Below, in pieces: positions 53,001 to 64,000 of a stretch of DNA of 64,000 nucleotides. Position 1 is the stretch's first letter. The number at the start of each line of letters is the position of its first letter. The stretch comes from Lama guanicoe (lineage: Eukaryota): positions 1,170,274-1,234,273 of the forward strand of contig MU053645.1 in NCBI GenBank assembly GCA_013239625.1. Direction: 5' to 3'. The translations under genes and the position numbers were made by a program. Below the pieces are notes generated by a model, which saw nothing but the letters and a program-made list of their open reading frames with translations, was not told the origin of the DNA and did not search any database.

Positions 53001-53975
53001 AGAAAATTAGCAAAGTCAAACGGTTATTCTTTGAAAAGATTGATGAACTTGATAAAACTCTAGCAAGCAAGATTAATCAAGAAAAAATAACCAGTATCAG
53101 GAATGAAAGACTGGATACTGTTACAGATCTTACAGACATTTGAAAGATAAATGAGTTATTAATGACTCTATGTCAATAAATTTAAAACTTAGATGAAATG
53201 GATAAATCCCTTGCAAAAACACAAAATTACCAAAGCTGATTTAAGAAGAAAAAAATCTGATTAGCTCTGCACTTATTGAAGAAATCAAAGCATTAACAAA
53301 GAAACAAAAACTCTGTCACAAAGAGACTAGAAGTCCAGATATTAGTGGTCAATACTATCAAACTTTTGAAGTGAGAACACTTCCTAAAGTCACTTATGAA
53401 GCCAACAAAGCCCTGGCATCAAAATCTATTGAAAACATTACCAAAAAACAAACAGCATCACTCATGAATACAGATGCAAAAATTCTCAACCAAAAAATTA
53501 AAATAAATCCAGCAATATATAAGATGAATAATACATTGTGACTAAGTAGGGTTTATCTCTTATAGCAGGAATGGCTCACATTTGAAAATCTATTTAATCC
53601 ATCACATTAACACAATAAAGGAGAAAAACCATCTGATCATCTCAATAGATAAAAAACATGCAACAAAATTCAGGACCAATTCATAATAAAAAAATAATCT
53701 CGGCAAAATAGGGGTAGAAGGGAAATTCCTCAATCTCTTAAATAATACCTACAAAAACTCATAGCTAACATCATACTTAATGGTGAAAAAGAGCAACTGG
53801 GAGAAGGGGCAGGAGAATGCGGGGGCGGGAAAGTGGGGAAGAGGGAGAAGAGAAAACAAATGCAACAAAACGTTAACAACTTACGAATACAGGTGAAGAG
53901 TATAGAGGTGGCTTAAGTTATTCTTGTAACTTTTCTGTAGGTTTGCAATATTTCAAGATAAAAACTTGAAAAAAC
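50030..53975 (+). mobile_element. Cluster of old nested L1M fragments (3' UTR pieces flanking a 5'UTR/ORF1/ORF2 segment at about 51480-53790)
   Basis: A-rich, with degraded ORF1 (aaattctaaaactgagaagtacagtaactgaaatgaaa) and ORF2 (ttctttgaaaagattgat, gatgcaaaaattctcaac, atagctaacatcatacttaatggtgaaa). Confidence 0.8.
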
Positions 53976-56900
53976 ATACCAAGAAACTAATTCCTATCTG
54001 TCCCCAGTAAAACTCCCAGTCAAGTTCCCATGGGAATCAGCCAATCAAACATTTGGCTACCCTTTGCAGTCAACCCTGTATATTACTGCAAGAGCCATCA
54101 TTCATTACTATTCTGTTGAAAAATAAACTCTGCTACTCATCTGTAGTCCTCTAACCAGGACTCAAGAACCTCTATCTTCTAGCCAGGTTTGGCTTGGTTA
54201 GCCAACTTCCGTGACTTCCCACTTGCTGACTTACACATCTCCTTAGGCACATGTACCATAATTGATGCCATCTCCACCCATTAAGCTACACTGTGCTCCT
54301 CACCTGGAATATCCTCCTCCTTAATTCCAGCTCAGTGTGGTCCTACCTGCTGTCATGGCTTGCCCCAAGCTCTCAGCTTTTACAGAATGTCGAATATTGA
54401 TCCTACCCTACTCTGATTCACTTAACTTTGGAGAGCTTTGCTGTGCAAGTTTCATATTCAATGAAATTCTCTTGTGTTATTCTGCAAGAGTTTCACATAT
54501 GAAGCATCCCCAGTAAGAGTGCTTCCTCTCAGTGAAATGGATCTCATTTTTTTAACATCATTCTGTTCTGGGTTTACTTGCTTAATATTATTCATGTTCA
54601 CATTTCTGTGTATGGAAATGGTCCAAATACTGGTCATTTTAAAAGCTATATGTGTTTTCAGGTTAGCATACTTTGCTTAGCCATTCAGTTATCTCAATGA
54701 GAGTAAGTATTCTTGAACAAGGGAGTTTTTATTTATTCTTGGCCTACTTCCCCTACCATAGAACTAGCATAATATTGCACATACACTAAGAGTTCAGTAA
54801 GTAATTTATCACTGTCCATACCTTTGGCCATACAAAATTCAATGACTAAGAATTCTAAAATTATTTGCCTTTCAACTTCTTAAGTGTGAGTTTCATTCAG
54901 CACCATTCTAGCCATAAGTTCTTTCTGATTGATCTCTCTCATCCCTAACTATTCCTGATTTGATATAATCTTTGTGCCATACTATGAAATTTAATACCAG
55001 TCCTATACCACTTTCCTTGACCAAGCCAATCTCTCCAGTACCACTCTTCCTTTTTTCTGAGATCCAGTTTCCTCCATGGAAGTCACCTTAATTAAAGAGA
55101 TGAAAGTATCAAGTCTCACATTATCTTTTTCAATTAAAGAAGAGATCATGAGGAGGTATTTTTCTTCCTGATCTCAGATCATGAGAATACATCAGGGCAA
55201 CGAGACTTCAATAGCATCTTGTTGATCTTCTAACTTCTAATCTAGTGCTCTGGCATTCCACAGCTAAACGCATGATGTGAATAACCTCAGAGCAACATTG
55301 CTTCTAACCACAATTTAAAAATTAAATCTGTCTCCTTTTTACAAATTCAAATCATGGTATTTTATTTTATTTTAAATTATATAACAATTTCACCAGTAAA
55401 GTTGTTTTGTTTACACTTGGAAGTTGTTTGAGAGACTCTTTTTAGCTTTTGCCAGAAATGTAGAATTATATACCCTCTATTTCTGCCTTTATAATAGGTA
55501 CTCCTCAGTCATCTGACTGGAAATTCTAAAATCAAAGAATGTCTAGTGAGAACAAACTGCTACCTTCTCATCAACAATCAGAAAATTCGATAACTGTATA
55601 AGCCTATAAACCAAAGCCTCATGTAAAGCCATTCTCTCATTATAAGGAGTTGAATGGTTCTGTTCATGTCAATCCAGAACATATCTAACATTACCCAGTG
55701 TGTGCCAGCAGGCCTTCACATCCTCCTTACCACCAGGGACTACATTTTTTCTAGCTGATTAAGGTATCTGGGTAGCTCTACAACTTTCCTTCAAATACTG
55801 GATCACTGAAAAGTGCTCTGTTATGGTCATCCTACAGATGTACTGACTGCAAGATGACCAAACTGGGGTTCAAAATTAAACAGACCCTCTCATCAAATTG
55901 GTCACCCTATACCTTTCCCCTCTTTTATGGAGACCCAGGCTAGGAGAGCTGAATTCCAAAAACTGCCTTAACACAGTTCATATTTTCTTGCAGCAGCAAC
56001 AGCAAAAATCAAAAAAAGCAAAGTGGACAGGTTAATACTCCTCCCCACAAAAATAATAATATCCATATATACTCTGGGGACATAATGTTTCAGGTTAAAC
56101 AAAATAGCTAAATACAAGCCCATGAACAACCTCTTCTTGAGAGTTATTTCTCCACCTATCCTATTAAAGATTAGTGTTAGATACACGAGTCCTCTACTGG
56201 GTGTTTCTGCCATCAGCCTTTGTCAAGATACTAGCCAATCCCCTGCCATAAAGAATGACACCTTTAAGTAAACCGATTTTTCATAGAGTAGACTTTCTAA
56301 ATGACCTTATGTATTTAGTCCTAAATTTAGAGAATGCCAATGCTGAAAGACTTCATGAGTATTCTGTGAAGATGACAAGTTCATACTTGGTCAATCAGCT
56401 ATAATCCCTACAATTAGATGTTGTGCATTTATGTTCTAATGTAACCAAGTCCTAGATGAAATCTCAGAGCCATCTTTGCTGTTTTCCGAGCCAGGGTTGA
56501 TGGTTGGGCTTGCCTAGTGTGAATTACACAGAAATATAACCTGTGCTGTGGCTTCTAAAAATGGTATACTACTGAAAACCAAGAGGCTTGTTTGAATATG
56601 TGCCCAGACTAGATTAAAAAAAAAAATGAGTCTTTTATTATTTTCCTTGATTGACAAGTACAGAATAAGAAACTTCCATCCCTTGGTCCTCTGTCTTGCG
56701 CATAAAGAAGACCTTGGCATAAGTATTTGTAGGGATCTTAGTGAAAGGAATCCCTGTCTATAATGAACTGCACAGAAATTATAACTGGCGTCACATCTGG
56801 CACTAAACAGTTATGAATGTTAATGAGTAAAGGGCATAATCATTCTTCATTTTTTGACTTGAAGGAAGGAAAGGAGGGGAGAAAAGTAAAATTTGAGTTT

Positions 56901-59293
56901 CATTGCTTATTCCAAGAACAGCAATTATGCAAGCTTAAATCCAGATCGCGTTAATTGGCTAAGACCACAGGACCTCATAACTGTACAAAAGTTTGTACTA
57001 CAGATCTGCCCACACAACTTTCTCAGTGTTTTTCAAAAGATAAGGCCAACTCAAAGAGGAATATCATAATAAGAATGCAAATAATTCTATATTTACATAA
57101 AATATTAACAGGAGTGTAAGGGTTGGGATGGGGATTCTGATGAAAGTGGCTAAATAGAAGGGAAGAGTGAAAAGAATTGCTTCAAAGTGCCCCCATTTTC
57201 ATCAGCTATGGGCAACTTAGGATGTCTTTTATCCAACCCGTGTTTGGTTTTTGTTTCTGTATTTTGAAATAGAATCAAACGCCACACACACAGATGTGCA
57301 CAAACCAACATCAACCTATCAGACTTCCCTGTGTACTCCATATACACTGTAAATAGAAGCAACAAAGCCAAAGAAAAAAAGACCAACTGCATTCAAACCA
57401 TATCCCCTGCCCAGACTTGTAGGTAAAGTTCTGTTCCAATATCACAATTGCTGTCTGTCCTAGGAGGCAGCTGAGGGTAAACCGATGGGGGAGGGGAGAC
57501 TGAAAGCATTCAAACACTTTACCTCTAAGGGGAGTATCTTTTTGGGTAATGTTTCTTCAATAAAGCTCACTGCAGATTTGACACCACTTGGCCAAACTAA
57601 GACCAAGCTAAGAACCCATAGTAAGCCATAAACAGCCTCAGAGTTGATAAGTAAAAAATAAAGGGGCAAAGCATTAAAAAGTTGATCTTTAAAAGGCATC
57701 TGCACATCAATGATAAAAAAAAAATGTAAATACACAGATGTAGTTAACAGCATCCCTCCTCATAAATAACAAGCAAACCGAGAAAACAAGACAGCATACA
57801 CGGGGAGCAACTTGTTTTCATTTTTCGGTTTGGATTTTACTTGAAATAAGCTATCATAATATAGATGGCTTTTTAAACTCTCGGTTTTTTTTTCCTTTCA
57901 GACTCTGCCACAGACATTATGACATAACTAAGTGAGGAAAATGGGATCCGGTCCAACAGGCTACATTGCTAGTAAGTCATATCTCCAAGTATTTTATTTC
58001 AGTAATAATCAACCTGAGCCAAGATTGAAAGTGAAAATGTGACTTCAAAAGTAAAGCAAGGAAAGGGAGCCATGTAAAATATGCCAAGTTGGAGATATTA
58101 TAGGTAAAATCTTACACACAAATACAGCTCAACGGGAGTCACAATATACACAAATGTGTTAAATAAACACGCAAGTATTTAACAGGGGAGAAAAAGCCAA
58201 TATACTGCCCACCTTTACCATTCCAGAATCCTTTGGACTTCAGCAGTGTCGCTCTATTTTATAACCCGTGACCCACTTCTGTGAAAGACTTATTAATGTA
58301 CTAGCAAATTGAAGAACAATACTATTCTTTAGCAATTTCAACTACCAAGTATTCTCGTCTTAGAAAACAAATATTAACAAAACTCCAAGCTCCAGCCAGC
58401 ATTTACCACTTTGAAAAATAGACATATACCTTATTGCCTGGGTTTCATACTTAATGAGAAAGTAAAGAGCATACATTTAATGCTAGGAAATAACTGAATT
58501 AGAAGCCAGCAGAAAGCCCCATCATAGTCTTTTGTTTCCACAGAATAGTACATTCCTCAATGTCTTACTGGAATGATTACAGACAGAAAATCAATTCTTA
58601 AAATCTTATGCATGGTTTGTAATTATAGCTAAAACGTATAATCAAAACTGAAAGACATATATATCCAAGTGTTATTAAACAATGATTAAGCTTTGATTGG
58701 GAGATCTACTGGCACAGTCATGGCTGCCTGCCAGACCACCATGTTCTAGGAATAGATATTTCTTCTCAAGAAATTCCTCTTCAGGCAATTAGCTAATATT
58801 TCCAAACTTGGAGGCTTTAAACCCCTGCGAGTTAGGGATTCAGTACAAATGTGAAGATATGAGGAACAAGAGCTCACTGATATTGGTCAAAAACTTGCAT
58901 TAAAACTGTAATGCTGCACCCTCAATCAGGAGGCAAAGAATCGATATTTGTAAAGGTTTCCTGTTTTCTCATTTGCACATGTTGGCTCCCAGGTGTATAT
59001 TCACTAGCAAATGTAACCAACCCTAAGTAGGCCCTTCACATTTTATTGTCCACTGAGAGTCTACGGCCATTGAAGTTGAACAAAATTTCACTGGTTTCCC
59101 AACATTTTCTCAGTGGTAGGCTAAAATCTCATTTTTATTTTGGCTACTTTCCAATATAGCTGGATTACAAGCGCTTCTGTCTAAAGATATTCATAGTTAA
59201 AGGCGCAAATGCTCTCTAGATGCTCAGAAAAAAAAAAAAAACACCAAAAAAATACATTTTTGACCAAATAGTGAAAAGTTGCCAGCAACTTAC

Positions 59294-59375
59294 CAGAATT
59301 TCTCTTTGACACCATCTTCACATTTGTGCTGACTACAGAACAGACCACAAGGGCCAAAAGAAATGGCGGCTTCAT
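59294..59375 (-). CDS. IL1RAPL2: IL1RAPL2 (interleukin-1 receptor accessory protein-like 2) first coding exon, coding part (82 nt; signal peptide region)
   Basis: Translates to MKPPFLLALVVCSVVSTNVKMVSKRNS plus 1 nt (G). This matches the human IL1RAPL2 N-terminus as I recall it (MKPPFLLALVVCSVVSTNLKMVSKRNSV...). Perfect phase-1 donor TCTG|GTAAGT at 59293-59288; A at -3 and an in-frame upstream stop (TGA ACA ATG). Confidence 0.96.
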
Positions 59376-59394
59376 TGTTCACTTTTCTTGGCAG
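59376..59394 (-). other. IL1RAPL2: 5' UTR part of the same IL1RAPL2 exon (whole exon 59294-59394, 101 nt)
   Basis: Minus strand reads tccttttttgactttttcag|ctgccaagaaaagtgaacaATG, with the acceptor AG at 59396-59395. Confidence 0.9.
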
Positions 59395-59427
59395 CTGAAA
59401 AAGTCAAAAAAGGATACAAAGTTAGAA
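59395..59427 (-). promoter_or_regulatory. 3' splice site: branch point (TTCTAAC), polypyrimidine tract and AG
   Basis: Minus strand ttctaactttgtatccttttttgactttttcag; the putative branch A at 59422 is 28 nt upstream of the exon. Confidence 0.75.
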
Positions 59428-59559
59428 TCACAGCTCTTGGCCTCAACAAAGCAGCAGCTCTAATTTCATGTATCTCAAAGACACATGCCAGAAACAATGA
59501 CATTTTGGTGACTTCTGGCTTTATTTTTATGCAAATGGAAGAAAACATGAAAGTTCACA

Positions 59560-59960
59560 ACTGAATCATGTCAGTTTCCTGCTTAAAACTTTTCAATGGC
59601 TTCTCACTGGGTTTAGAGTAAAACCTGGACTCCTCCCATTAGACTTTCACAGATCTGCAGGTAGGGCCCCTACTGCCTCTCTGATCTTATTTCATGACAC
59701 TTTCCTCCTCGTTGGCTATGCTCCAAGCCACTATGGACATTCTATTTGTCCCTGGAACATGCCTAAGTTATTTCCTCCTCATGGCCTTTGTATTAGGACT
59801 TCTTCCTAGGATACTCCGTCCTCCCCACTCTTCACACACATCTCACAGGTCTCAGTCCCACAAAAAGGCCTTTCCTTACTCCTCAATCTTAAAGTCTCAT
59901 TCTGTCATTTACTAGCTCACTTCCTCGCTTGTTGTATTCATACAACTGAGCAGCACTTAG
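59560..59960 (+). mobile_element. L2 fragment (its tail resumes at about 60940-61058)
   Basis: atcatgtcagtttcctgcttaaaacttttcaatggcttctcactg...tgctccaagccact; tail gactagaatgtaagcttcatgagggcag-like...aataaatatttgaatgaatgaa. Confidence 0.75.
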
Positions 59961-60935
59961 TCACCCCCATCTCCCACTCCATCAATAAACAAAGAGGCTG
60001 GGAAGGAGGAGGAGGTCACCTTTTAATAATGAAGACAGGCTTTCTTTTCCCAGTTGATATGCTGGACCAGCAAGCAGGAATAAAGAACCCTGGGGAGAGA
60101 TGGTACGTTGAAGATTTCCAGATGACAAGAGGGCCAGGGCTAATCCCGACCCATCCCCAACACACACCAAATTTCCAGGTCCCAAGAGGCATGGAAGATA
60201 GATTTGGCATATTACCAAAGATCCACATTGGACTGGGTAAATAGATGGTTCCTGTCACAGGCTTTGCAACATGGGACAAAATATGTACACCTGGGAGGAA
60301 AGTGGTGTGATGCCACCAGCTGAAGCTCTGAGGAAAGATGGAATCAAATCTTATGAGGGACTGCTAATGCCCAGAGGAGATGCTTGGAGGAGGATCTCAT
60401 CAACGGGCCTGTTACAACAACTACCTGTTTATACAGTGCTCATAGACAGCTGGAAGAGTAATTACGACCAACCAAGGAGAAGACACAGGCAGTCACAGGC
60501 ATGTCTTTTTCCTCCCTCTTCTCCAGTCACTACTCTCCCGATGCAACACCAAAGGAGAAGGCAAGAGGGCAAGAGGCAGAATAAAAAATGTGTGAACACC
60601 TACCATGCACCCTCCAAATGCCTAACCACGAGAGCCATACATCTTATCTGTTTGAAGAAAAAGGAAGACACAATATGTGAATCACATAGGAGTTTGGAAT
60701 AAGTGAAGACAAAGACTTTAAAATCAGAATGAAACTCAAAAAGTAGCTGAAAAAATTATAGAATCAGACTAAAATGGTTATCATTGTCCCTGTCTACCAG
60801 GGGGAAAAGGTTAAGTATAGCAGAGCACAATAACTAGCAATTCTTAGGAATAATACTACTTTATGTTTTTAACCTCAGTGAGATTAAACTCTTAATAAAT
60901 CAGTTACATTTATTAGCTTGGTTGTTTTTGTCCAT
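59960..60935 (+). mobile_element. Probable ancient LTR element (about 1 kb) inserted in the L2; family not identified
   Basis: Separates two collinear L2 pieces and has AATAAA near its 3' end (about 60894). Family similarity is only impressionistic. Confidence 0.35.
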
Positions 60936-61217
60936 ACCTTGACCACTAGAATGTAAGCTTCATGAGGGCAGTCACATAGTCATAAACAGTTCTACTCTCA
61001 GTATCTCTCATCAAGCTTGACACATAATAGGTTCTCAATAAATATTTGAATGAATGAAAGGAGAATCCCAATGTAGATAACATCATATCAAGGGTTCAAT
61101 TAATACAAATAAACCACAGCTTTCAGCATCTTTTTTTGAGTTACCCAATTATTTGAAATAGAATCTGTCCTATCTAAAGTATGATTATCCAAATCTGAGA
61201 TATGCCCTATCTCCTGC

Positions 61218-61611
61218 TATAGTAGACTCTGTTGGTACCCCACCCATATCCCCTGGGCCTTCCCCTAAGTAATCTGCAGAAGTCTTCCTATGTTTCTTTG
61301 CCAGAGGTGCTTCTCTACCTGCAAAAGCAGCTTGAACAGCACAGGAGGCTAACTGGAAGTTCTAAGCTGTGAATGCACCATGAGCAATTCTCACTCAATC
61401 ATGGGAGCTGATAATAAATAACTCCAGCTCCCTCACCCTTTGGAATGCTCCAGCAGGACTGAGTGGCAAACTGTTCATTAACACACTTTCCTCCCTTCTA
61501 GTCTGACTTTGCCATTCCTTTGCAGTACTTTCTGGGATCACCTCCAAAATAAACTACTTACATCCAAATCCTTGTCTTTGGGTCTGCTTTTGGGAGAATA
61601 CAAACCAAGAC
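61218..61611 (+). mobile_element. ERVL solo LTR (LTR16-like)
   Basis: tctgttggtaccccacccatatccc...tctgggatcacctccaaaataaactacttacatccaaatccttgtc...gtctgcttttgggagaatacaaaccaagac. Confidence 0.8.
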
Positions 61612-62459
61612 TCAGAAAAGATCATTATAAATTCCACAAATTTCTTTGACTTATATAGACTCTATCTGACCAATTTCCAGCGCAGCAGATTACCTAGGCT
61701 CTGGACTTTCAAAAGGTGGCTTATTATTCCATTTTTTTCCCTGAATCACAGGCATACTCTAGCTCTCCTGCCTTGTCTCCATTTTCAGAACTTATATCAC
61801 CCCTAGTGACTTTGATAAGAACATTGGCTCATCTCTGATTCAGCTCTCCCTGCTATATTCACTGAGTTACCAACTCAACCTTCTGGTTAGATATTAGGAG
61901 TCTTCCATGCTTCCCTTACCCTCAACCCATCTTATTCATGATTGTACCGTCACTAGTTCTGTCTGAAAGCTGACAGTTTATAAAAACTGTAACTTGCCAA
62001 GATAGAGTATCATTTTCAGGATTCTAATATTTTACAAGTGGTGACAAAATTAAAGATTATTTGAGAAAGGCTTTTACAAATGCTCTTTTCCCCAGTAGTT
62101 ATTATGTGATCATTTTCACCCAAAACAAGAACTATATTTTATATCTGCTATTCAAAGATTTTAAGGGGAGAAAACTGACCCCAAAATATTTCCACTTTCC
62201 TGTTTAATTGATCCCTTCCTATATTTTATGAAATGAAATGCTTAATGCTTGACTTTGATTAGTGAAATCATCTTTGAAATTCATCTTTGAAAATGAATAC
62301 ATTAACCACAGAATTATTTCATATATTTCCCTTCTTGCCAATTAAAATCACGGGGGATTAGAAAAGTTGGGTACATCAAGTTTTTTAATTCATGTATTTA
62401 CCAACCAGGAGAGTCCATTACTTCAATGGACTTTGATGAATAACTATTATATTTTATGA

Positions 62460-62665
62460 TATTAAAATTGTATAGCATTTTGTGTGTGCCAGGCAAATGC
62501 CCTCAACTATTATATCGTATTTTCTCCTATGAATGACCTTCTGTGGTGTTATCCTCATTTTACTTTTCAGGAAACTGACACTTGTCACAATAATAAATTA
62601 AGGAATAAAGGATTTAAATTTAAGTCTGTGTGACTACAAAGCTCAAGCTCTTAATCACTCCTAAA
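62460..62665 (-). mobile_element. MIR SINE fragment
   Basis: tgtgtgccaggca...ttatcctcattttac...aggaaactga...gtctgtgtgactacaaagctcaagctcttaatcact. Confidence 0.7.
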
Positions 62666-64000
62666 CCGTGTTTGCCCTAGAAGTTAGATGCTATGGGAGT
62701 CATAAGCCAAGTCTAAGATTATAAAACATCACTCTTTGCCTTCTAGTGTGCATGCAAGACAGTAAAGAACAGCCTGGATATGTTAAGCGCTCAGGGAATA
62801 TAGAGTAAGAAAAGTGTTTGGTAGCATGTTCAGTAGGTGATTCAGAATTCCCATCGAAAGGGAGAATCTGCCAAATTGCCAGTTCAAACAGTCAAAAAGA
62901 AAGGCCAGTGCAATCAATCTCCTAGCAGTGTTCATCTGCAATTGCAATACCATCACTGAAATACCATCACTGATCAAGGAATGTTTCAAAACCGTGACCA
63001 CTGGGCTCCCAACATAGGGTTCCACTCATCTGTTTGAATACTAAAAGTGTCAGAAGCAGCTCAGGTTATCCCCTGGAAACCTTACACTGAAATTTAGGTT
63101 TATTACATTATAACTTTTTCCTCTTAGTGATTTTACAACCAACTTACTGTTGTGTGAAGAAAGTGTACAGAAGCATGTATAATACTCCATGTGATGGCAA
63201 TTATACTGCTATTCAATTATTTTGAAATTACTTTTTTCCCCAAAAAAGTCTTTCCCTACTGTGGCTATAAATATGCAGTGGTTCTTATTCTTGAACTTCA
63301 TATTTCCCTGAAGGCTTTGTTTTTTTTTTTTTTACTGATTCCCTAAGGTTAGTATAAAAATCCCAAAAGGCCACAGGAGGAATTCTAAAGACTAAAGACA
63401 CTGGCATAATGGCTAATGAAGGCATTAGTATTCCTCTCCTCTGAGTACCAAATCTTAATATGAGTAGGGCCATCTTGACAAGCAAGTTTTTAAAAATGTA
63501 ATTGAACTAAATCTTTTGACAGATAATTGTAATGATAATGTTATGCTCGAATGGCTTTCAAGTATAGTTTGTAAATTACCTTCTCCACTTTCATTTTTTT
63601 TCCTCCCTTACAGTACCAGGTATGTCAGGCTCCTAGTTCATGTTAATTTTTTAAAGTATCTGTATGGCATACTCTTGACTCTAGAAACCAAAACAAGTTT
63701 AACTTATGACTATTTTGACGCAATTAAAAGACCCAACTAGATATATCAGCTAGGATGCCAAGAAAATGCAATTACATTGTTTCTTAATACATTCTTACCA
63801 TCGGAGACAATTTTGATATTTATGATGTTTTCCAGCCAGTGATATATATAATCTCCAACAAATTGGAAATTACTAACACAGAGACACACAGCCCACATAT
63901 ATATCACAGATGTATTATAAAGATAATTAACTTTCAAAAGCAGTTTGTAGTCAACAAACATTCATCTCACTCTCCTACATCTTCTAATTCTATAGTCATC

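Larger units (their letters stand above)
1..59293 (-). other. IL1RAPL2: Part of the very large IL1RAPL2 intron following the first coding exon (next exon lies outside the window)
   Basis: Begins with the GTAAGT donor. No sequence encoding the expected continuation (VDGCIDWSVD...) was seen, and the content is repeat-rich. Confidence 0.85.

Noticed and set aside
53799..53845. G-run cluster with G-quadruplex potential
   Set aside because: It is a purine-rich low-complexity patch inside old L1 sequence with no supporting context.
59181..59293. C-terminal part of the 64-aa ORF (GKLLATFHYL...)
   Set aside because: It is read-through past the GTAAGT donor into the intron and is not IL1RAPL2 protein.
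60271..60702. 143-aa ORF on the plus strand
   Set aside because: No recognisable domain or splice structure; it lies in a probable old LTR remnant, and the length is compatible with chance.
1..64000. A novel multi-gene system, nested gene, processed pseudogene or RNA gene
   Set aside because: I recognised no additional coding exon set, retrocopy, CpG island or structured RNA. Short or diverged ncRNAs cannot be excluded without Rfam/BLAST searches.

Overview
This is AT-rich, CpG-poor mammalian genomic DNA, almost certainly camelid given two Vicugna-type tRNA-derived SINEs and camelid-type L1 3' ends. The only host coding sequence is the first coding exon of IL1RAPL2 (X-linked in placental mammals) on the minus strand: exon 59294-59394, ATG at 59375, encoding MKPPFLLALVVCSVVSTNVKMVSKRNS. 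Bases 1-59293 are therefore part of the very large downstream intron and 59395-64000 are the preceding intron. The rest is a layered record of transposable elements (L1, L2, MIR, L3, MaLR/ERVL/ERV1 LTRs, hAT and Tigger DNA elements, SINEs) plus microsatellites. All other ORF-track entries are L1 remnants or chance ORFs. I found no convincing previously undescribed biological system. The most notable items are: a perfect 485-bp tandem duplication; a 4.65-kb TSD-flanked L1 with an atypical 3' tail and an internal ORF2 deletion; a possible 45-nt in-frame cassette exon; a cluster of four TAATGAG motifs; a solo ERV1 LTR; and a compound H-DNA/Z-DNA microsatellite. Repeat family names come from recalled consensus sequences rather than a database search, and the boundaries of old elements are approximate.
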